Of a stretch of DNA of 64,000 bases, positions 58,754-64,000 are shown piece by piece. Location of the stretch: the NCBI GenBank assembly GCA_964603595.1, contig CAZRVN010000004.1:148678-212677 (forward strand). The letters are read 5' to 3'. Both the position numbers and the translations under genes were made by a program. Numbering within the stretch: position 1 is the first letter of the stretch; each line of letters opens with the position of its first letter. The stretch is from an uncultured Actinomycetota bacterium. GTDB taxonomy: Bacteria; Actinomycetota; Humimicrobiia; Humimicrobiales; Humimicrobiaceae. The notes beneath the pieces are model-generated. The model was not told the DNA's origin. It did no database searches and saw only the letters and a program-made list of their open reading frames with translations.

Positions 58754-61327
58754 TTACTTTACAACAATATTAACAAGTTTACCGGGCACAACTATTTCTT
58801 TAACTACTTTCCTGCCGTCCGTATATTTTTTTATTTTTTCTAGTGAAAGAGCAAACTCCTTCAACTGGTCTTCAGGGGTATCCACAGCCAGTTCTGCTTT
58901 ATCCCTTAGTTTCCCGTTTACCTGAAATACTATAGTAGCCAGCTCTTCTTTTGCAATCTCACAATTATAATCCGGCCACTTAATTTTATGAATGCTCCCA
59001 CCGTTACCTGACATAAGCCACAATTCTTCAGTTATAAATGGCGTAATAGGTGAAAGGAGCATTAATAATTTTTTGGTTACCTCCCTTACCAGCAAAATAT
59101 TTTTTCTGTTATCGGATACATCCTCCTGATATTTATAAAAAAGGTTAACCAGCTCCATAGTAGCACTTATCGCAGTATTAAAATTAAACCTGTCAAGTAT
59201 ATCATCTGTTACCTTCTTTATTGTCTGGTGTAACTTTTTATATAATTCCTTTTCCAGTCCGCTTAACTTCCCACTATTATATTGATCTTTAACCTTAAAA
59301 CCTAAAGTATCCTCACCGGGGCCATGCCCGCTAACATTACTGCTGCTTAATTTCTCATCCTTTTCATTTTTTATGAGCTTAATATTTCCAACTGCCAGTC
59401 TCCAGACCCTCTTTAAGAACCTGTTTGCCCCTTCCACACCGCTGCTGTTCCAGTCAACCGGGCTGTCAGCCGGTCCCATAAAGAGTATGTATAACCTTAA
59501 TGTATCTGCTCCAAACTTATTATAAATCTCGGATGGGTTTACAATATTACCCCTGGACTTGGACATTTTCTGGCCACTTAAATTTACAATACCATGAGGG
59601 AAATATTTAATAAAAGGCTCCTTGAATTTTACCAGCCCGGAATCGTAAAGTACCTTGGTAAAAAATCTGGAGTATATAAGATGCATGCTGGCATGTTCTA
59701 TTCCGCCTATATACTGGTCTACAGGCATCCAGTAATCAACTTCCCTGCTGTCAAAAGCACTCTTATTATTATGAGGGCTGCAATACCTCAGGAAATACCA
59801 TGATGAGCAGACAAAAGTATCCATTGTATCTGTTTCCCTCTTTGCCTTACCGCCGCATATGGGACAGGTGGTATTTACAAACCGGTCAGAATAAGTCAGG
59901 GGTGAAAGACCCTTCGGTTTAAAATCCACATCGTAAGGAAGAAGGACAGGCAAATCTTCTTCAGGCACCGGAACCGTACCGCACTTATCGCAATAGATAA
60001 TAGGGATTGGTGCTCCCCAGTATCTCTGCCTTGAGATCAGCCAGTCTCTTAGCTTATAATTCACGCTGAATTTGCCAATTTTATTTTTTTCAAGATAAGA
60101 AGTTATTTCTTTCTTACCTTTTTCTGAAGGGACGCTGCTAAATTTCCCTGAATTTACCATTACTCCTTCCCCGGTATAAGCAGTATCCAGCCGGTGATGG
60201 CTTTCCCCATCAGGTGAAATTACTTCCCTTATAGAGATTCCGTATTTAGATGCGAATTCAAAATCCCTCTGATCATGGGCAGGAACTGCCATAATAGCGC
60301 CTGTACCATATTCCAGAAGAACATAGTTTGCAATCCAGACCGGAACCTTCTCACCATTCAGCGGGTTTATTACATTCCTTCCAGTAAAACATCCTATTTT
60401 TTTAACCTCAGCCGAGCCCCTTTCAATATCACTCTGCCTGGAAATTATATCCCTGGCTTTCTTAATTTCCTTTCTGTATTTTTCACCTTCTACAATTTTA
60501 TCCACCAGGGGATGTTCGGGAGCAAGAATAAAAAAGGTAACACCAAATAATGTATCAGGCCTTGTAGTAAATACCGGGATTTCAATAGCACTATCTCCGT
60601 CAAGTTTAAAATTAACTGTAGCGCCCTCACTTCTCCCAATCCAGTTCCTCTGAATATTAAGTGCCCTTTCCGGCCATCCTTCTTCTAAAAGCTCCATATC
60701 ATCAAGCAATCTCTGGGCATAATCAGTTATTTTAAAAAACCATTGAGATAAAACCTTTTTTTCAACCGAACTGCCGCATCTTTCGCACTTTCCCGAAATT
60801 ACCTGCTCATTTGCCAGAACAGTCTGGCAGGAATTACACCAGTTAACAGCCGCTTCCTTTTTTTCTGCCAGGCCCATCTTGTAAAGCAATAAAAAAAGCC
60901 ACTGGGTCCACTTATAGTAGTCAGGCTCAGAAGTTATAACCTCATCACTGAAGTCATAACTTATACCCATTCTTTTAAGAGCTGCTCTCATCTTTTCAAT
61001 ATTAGACATGGTGCTTTCTTTAGGATGCATGCCACTTTTTATAGCTGCATTTTCCGCAGGCAGTCCAAAAGCGTCAAACCCGATAGGATGAAGGACATTA
61101 TGACCTTTCCTTGAAAGGACCTTTGCAACAACATCCCCGATTGTATAATTCCTTGCATGCCCCATGTGCGGCTCTCCCGAAGGGTAAGGGAACATCTCAA
61201 GTAAATAATATTTAGGGTCATCTTTTGAAGATTTAAGAGAAAATATTTTTTCCTTTTCCCACTTCTTAATTAATCTTTTCTCTATTTCCTCCGGCTTATA
61301 AAGTTTTTTTAGTTTTACTTCTCCCAA
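58754..61327 (-). CDS. leuS: Leucyl-tRNA synthetase
   Basis: The HMGH (PHMGHARNYTIGD) and KMSKS motifs are present, and the product is 857 aa. Confidence 0.93.
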   Translation of the reverse strand: MGEVKLKKLYKPEEIEKRLIKKWEKEKIFSLKSSKDDPKYYLLEMFPYPSGEPHMGHARNYTIGDVVAKVLSRKGHNVLHPIGFDAFGLPAENAAIKSGMHPKESTMSNIEKMRAALKRMGISYDFSDEVITSEPDYYKWTQWLFLLLYKMGLAEKKEAAVNWCNSCQTVLANEQVISGKCERCGSSVEKKVLSQWFFKITDYAQRLLDDMELLEEGWPERALNIQRNWIGRSEGATVNFKLDGDSAIEIPVFTTRPDTLFGVTFFILAPEHPLVDKIVEGEKYRKEIKKARDIISRQSDIERGSAEVKKIGCFTGRNVINPLNGEKVPVWIANYVLLEYGTGAIMAVPAHDQRDFEFASKYGISIREVISPDGESHHRLDTAYTGEGVMVNSGKFSSVPSEKGKKEITSYLEKNKIGKFSVNYKLRDWLISRQRYWGAPIPIIYCDKCGTVPVPEEDLPVLLPYDVDFKPKGLSPLTYSDRFVNTTCPICGGKAKRETDTMDTFVCSSWYFLRYCSPHNNKSAFDSREVDYWMPVDQYIGGIEHASMHLIYSRFFTKVLYDSGLVKFKEPFIKYFPHGIVNLSGQKMSKSRGNIVNPSEIYNKFGADTLRLYILFMGPADSPVDWNSSGVEGANRFLKRVWRLAVGNIKLIKNEKDEKLSSSNVSGHGPGEDTLGFKVKDQYNSGKLSGLEKELYKKLHQTIKKVTDDILDRFNFNTAISATMELVNLFYKYQEDVSDNRKNILLVREVTKKLLMLLSPITPFITEELWLMSGNGGSIHKIKWPDYNCEIAKEELATIVFQVNGKLRDKAELAVDTPEDQLKEFALSLEKIKKYTDGRKVVKEIVVPGKLVNIVVK

Positions 61328-61352
61328 TTATCTATCCCTTCCAGAATAATAA

Positions 61353-61745
61353 TTATTTTTTGGCCCATTTTACTTCTTCTGAATCCATCCACAACCTTTC
61401 AAGCTCATAATATTCTCTCAGTTCATTTGTAAAAATATGAACTATAAAATGGTTATAATCAATTAAAATCCATCTCCCTTCAGACAGCCCGCTGATATTA
61501 ATAGTAAAAAGATTTTTTTTCTTAAGATAGGTACGGATCTCTTCTTCTATTCCCCTGGTCAACCTGGTATTTTTAGCGCTGATTATAATGAAATAATCAG
61601 TGATAATAAGTCTTGACCTCATATCCAGGATTTTTATATAATCTGCCTTTTTCTCATCCGCTATCCTGGCAACTTCTTTAACTATTTTAGTAGTATTGGT
61701 TAATTTATTTTTTATATCAATAGCTCTTTCTTTCCTTTTTATCAC
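61353..61745 (-). CDS. rsfS: Ribosomal silencing factor RsfS (Iojap)
   Basis: 130 aa. The DYFIIISAKNTRLTRGI motif is present, and the gene lies in yqeK-rsfS synteny. Confidence 0.85.
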   Translation of the reverse strand: MIKRKERAIDIKNKLTNTTKIVKEVARIADEKKADYIKILDMRSRLIITDYFIIISAKNTRLTRGIEEEIRTYLKKKNLFTINISGLSEGRWILIDYNHFIVHIFTNELREYYELERLWMDSEEVKWAKK

Positions 61746-63571
61746 TGACTTGTGTAATCACTTCCCAGCGTTACGCTAATATCCACATTGTCAACATTAT
61801 TGTCAGAATATTCTATCGTACCAACACCCAGCCGTTCCTGTATGCTCTGTGCTACCTCATCCACTACATCCCCGGAATTAAAAATAGTTATTTCAGTCTC
61901 GGTATAATTAAAGTTATCAGCACTTCTTGGCTCAAGCATTACCGCTCTTTCTTCATCAGCATTAAAATAATTATTAAGTATATCAGTAACTGTAGCAGCC
62001 AGTTTGCCTGTGCCTTCCCCGTTTATAACAATTATTTTCACAATCATGGTTTCTGCTCCGTCTTCCTCTGTCGAGCCGGTAGCTAAAGCCAGGTAGTCTT
62101 TCCCCAGTATTATTATAATATCCGAGTTTATTGCCTCATTCTCCCTCATATTTATGCTCCCGGTACCAAGCACCTGTATAATTTCATCAGCAGCAGCCAG
62201 CTTGTTTGCATCAGGGGAATATACCAGAATCTGGGTATTATCATATATATTATCAGAATTTCCTATATCGGTTACATCATATTTATTCCTGCCGTCATCA
62301 AATTTTAAATTCCTAAAAATTTCAGATGTATCTGTTGCCAGCCCAAAAGCTTCAGGAGAATCATATGCCCCATTTAGCACTGTAATTTTTACCGTTTCAT
62401 TAAAATCACCGGTCTCCTCTGTGGGCTTTCCCACTCCTTCTTTGCTGAATATTTCGCTTAGCTCCGATATATCCTGCGGAATATAAAATATGCTCTCACC
62501 TTCCGGGTCCGGAGTAGATGATACTTCCAGAGAATAAACCTGATTACTGGCCTGTTCTATGCTGGAAAATGTAGAAAATATTTTTAAGCTCTCCTCCATG
62601 CTTAGATTAGTGTCCATATAATCCTTTATTAAATTCAGATTAGTTGACAGGTCTTCATCACTCTCACCCACAGCTTTTTTAATAATTGCATCTATGACCA
62701 GCTTCTGATTCGTGATATTTTCTACAGGCACATCCTCTTCCAGACCGCTAAAATATTTCAGGAAACTTAATGCTTCTGCCCCGTCTATAAGATTCTCTCC
62801 TTTCTCAAGGTTAAAATTGGAACCATCATCATAATTCTTTACTGTTACGCTATCTTCCAGCTCCAGGACTATACCGCCCAATTTATTAACCGTATTATAC
62901 ACATCAAAAAGAATATGGTAGTCCACTTCCATGTCCATACCAAGATTATTTTCTAAAGAAAGGTCCAGCAGGTCCATGCCTCCTTCATTTACTGACCTGC
63001 CTATCAATTCCACGCCAATAGTAGGTATATCCATAAGTGTTTTTGGAGGGATGCACAACGAAATTAATTTATTCTCACTGCTGTAGTAACTTGAAAATAT
63101 TATTGTGCTGACATCAGGCTCCAGCAAATTCTCACCGGCACAGGTAAAAACTATATTTATATTTTTACCCAGCGCCAGGGATTCCGGAACATCTATTCTA
63201 TCCTCATCATCAGTTACTACCTCTTTACTGAAAAACTTATTTTTAGCCCATGGAACAACCCAGAAAACTATTCCTGCGGCAACTATAACAAGCGCAAGAA
63301 CTGCAGCTATTATTATAAAGATACCTTTTCTTCTTTTTTTTCTCTGTCTTGTCCTTCTGCTCCTAACACCTTCTACTTCCCTGGATCCTTCTTCCTCTTT
63401 ACTTTCTTCCTTATATCCTTCAAATTCAAAGTCTTCATCTTTTAAGAAGTCGTCCATAGAACCATTGCTTTTCTCATTTCCATTATCAAGGTCATAGAAC
63501 TCATCTTCGTCAGAGTTATTTTTTTTAGACCTTTTATCTTCTTCATCAAAAGACATATTAAATACCTCCAC
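61742..63571 (-). CDS. LytR-CpsA-Psr (LCP) family cell-envelope protein with a long acidic N-terminal region
   Basis: It has a transmembrane anchor, and the LCP core pattern is ...LIDGAEALSFLKY... The product is 609 aa. Confidence 0.5.
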   Translation of the reverse strand: MEVFNMSFDEEDKRSKKNNSDEDEFYDLDNGNEKSNGSMDDFLKDEDFEFEGYKEESKEEEGSREVEGVRSRRTRQRKKRRKGIFIIIAAVLALVIVAAGIVFWVVPWAKNKFFSKEVVTDDEDRIDVPESLALGKNINIVFTCAGENLLEPDVSTIIFSSYYSSENKLISLCIPPKTLMDIPTIGVELIGRSVNEGGMDLLDLSLENNLGMDMEVDYHILFDVYNTVNKLGGIVLELEDSVTVKNYDDGSNFNLEKGENLIDGAEALSFLKYFSGLEEDVPVENITNQKLVIDAIIKKAVGESDEDLSTNLNLIKDYMDTNLSMEESLKIFSTFSSIEQASNQVYSLEVSSTPDPEGESIFYIPQDISELSEIFSKEGVGKPTEETGDFNETVKITVLNGAYDSPEAFGLATDTSEIFRNLKFDDGRNKYDVTDIGNSDNIYDNTQILVYSPDANKLAAADEIIQVLGTGSINMRENEAINSDIIIILGKDYLALATGSTEEDGAETMIVKIIVINGEGTGKLAATVTDILNNYFNADEERAVMLEPRSADNFNYTETEITIFNSGDVVDEVAQSIQERLGVGTIEYSDNNVDNVDISVTLGSDYTSQ

Positions 63572-64000
63572 AAATATTATTCCAAATCTTAGATGTATCA
63601 GGATGCAATAGCTTATTTCCTTTTACTATATATATTATAGTATTTTTATAGATCTCTAATAAGCATAAATTTAAATTTTTTAAAGCAAGCGCTCTGAGAT
63701 CCTCCGCCCCCTCGTAATTCCTGCCTTTCTCAACCTTATCAGCAATAAATAAAATCTTATCTTCAATACTCATATCACAATAACCAATAGTATGAAACTT
63801 TATTGCTTTAAGTATTTTATTTTCAGAAATATTGAAATCCCTCGAAACCAGGTAATCTCCAATAAAACTATGCAGTAGCTCCGGAGTATTCAATTCAAAA
63901 TCACTTATTTCAAGCTTATTCTTTTTTACTATCCTAACCAGCTCTTTATAGCTGAATATTTTACCATAATCATGCAAAATACATGCCACGCTCAGGCAGA
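63558..64000 (-). CDS. yqeK: HD-domain hydrolase YqeK (partial). The N-terminus lies beyond the window edge.
   Basis: ILHDYGK matches the YqeK HD-family motif. The rsfS neighbourhood matches the conserved nadD-yqeK-rsfS arrangement. Confidence 0.65.
   Translation of the reverse strand, partial: CLSVACILHDYGKIFSYKELVRIVKKNKLEISDFELNTPELLHSFIGDYLVSRDFNISENKILKAIKFHTIGYCDMSIEDKILFIADKVEKGRNYEGAEDLRALALKNLNLCLLEIYKNTIIYIVKGNKLLHPDTSKIWNNICGGI

Overview
This is a low-GC, anaerobe-like (Firmicutes-style) chromosomal segment. Nearly all genes lie on the minus strand and read as one long run of housekeeping operons. From the 5' end these are groES-groEL, tsaE-tsaB-tsaD, a family-4 UDG, gatCAB, ligA, lepA, murJ, rpsT/holA, comEA-comEC, leuS, rsfS and yqeK. 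Three accessory blocks interrupt this backbone.

(1) An AT-rich patch at about 6.3-12.0 kb holds an orphan Phd/YefM-like antitoxin, an IS1595-family transposase, and a single-chain fused endonuclease/N6-adenine methyltransferase/specificity enzyme (Type IIG-like).

(2) A cell-surface module spans about 18.7-32.2 kb. It contains two paralogous operons, each a sortase followed by a coiled-coil membrane protein. These flank a 654-aa lipoprotein and an AbiEi/AbiEii abortive-infection pair. Downstream is a 1453-aa LPFTG-anchored protein with near-identical tandem domain repeats, an internalin-like leucine-rich-repeat lipoprotein, and a third sortase. A ~200-bp promoter and structured-leader element is duplicated upstream of the two surface-protein genes. 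A decayed 3' end of an LPxTG gene, plus its terminator, is also duplicated.

(3) A Wood-Ljungdahl carbonyl-branch cluster runs RACo-acsD-cooS/acsA-acsB-acsC-folD. acsE is displaced about 6 kb away. The intervening DNA carries a sensorless BlaI/BlaR1(M56)-like pair and a 40-aa Cys/Trp-rich small ORF (TTG start, strong RBS) that is missing from the ORF track. That ORF sits directly upstream of a radical-SAM/SPASM enzyme. This is the strongest candidate for an undescribed system: a RiPP-like peptide-maturation locus.

I saw no rRNA, tRNA or CRISPR array.
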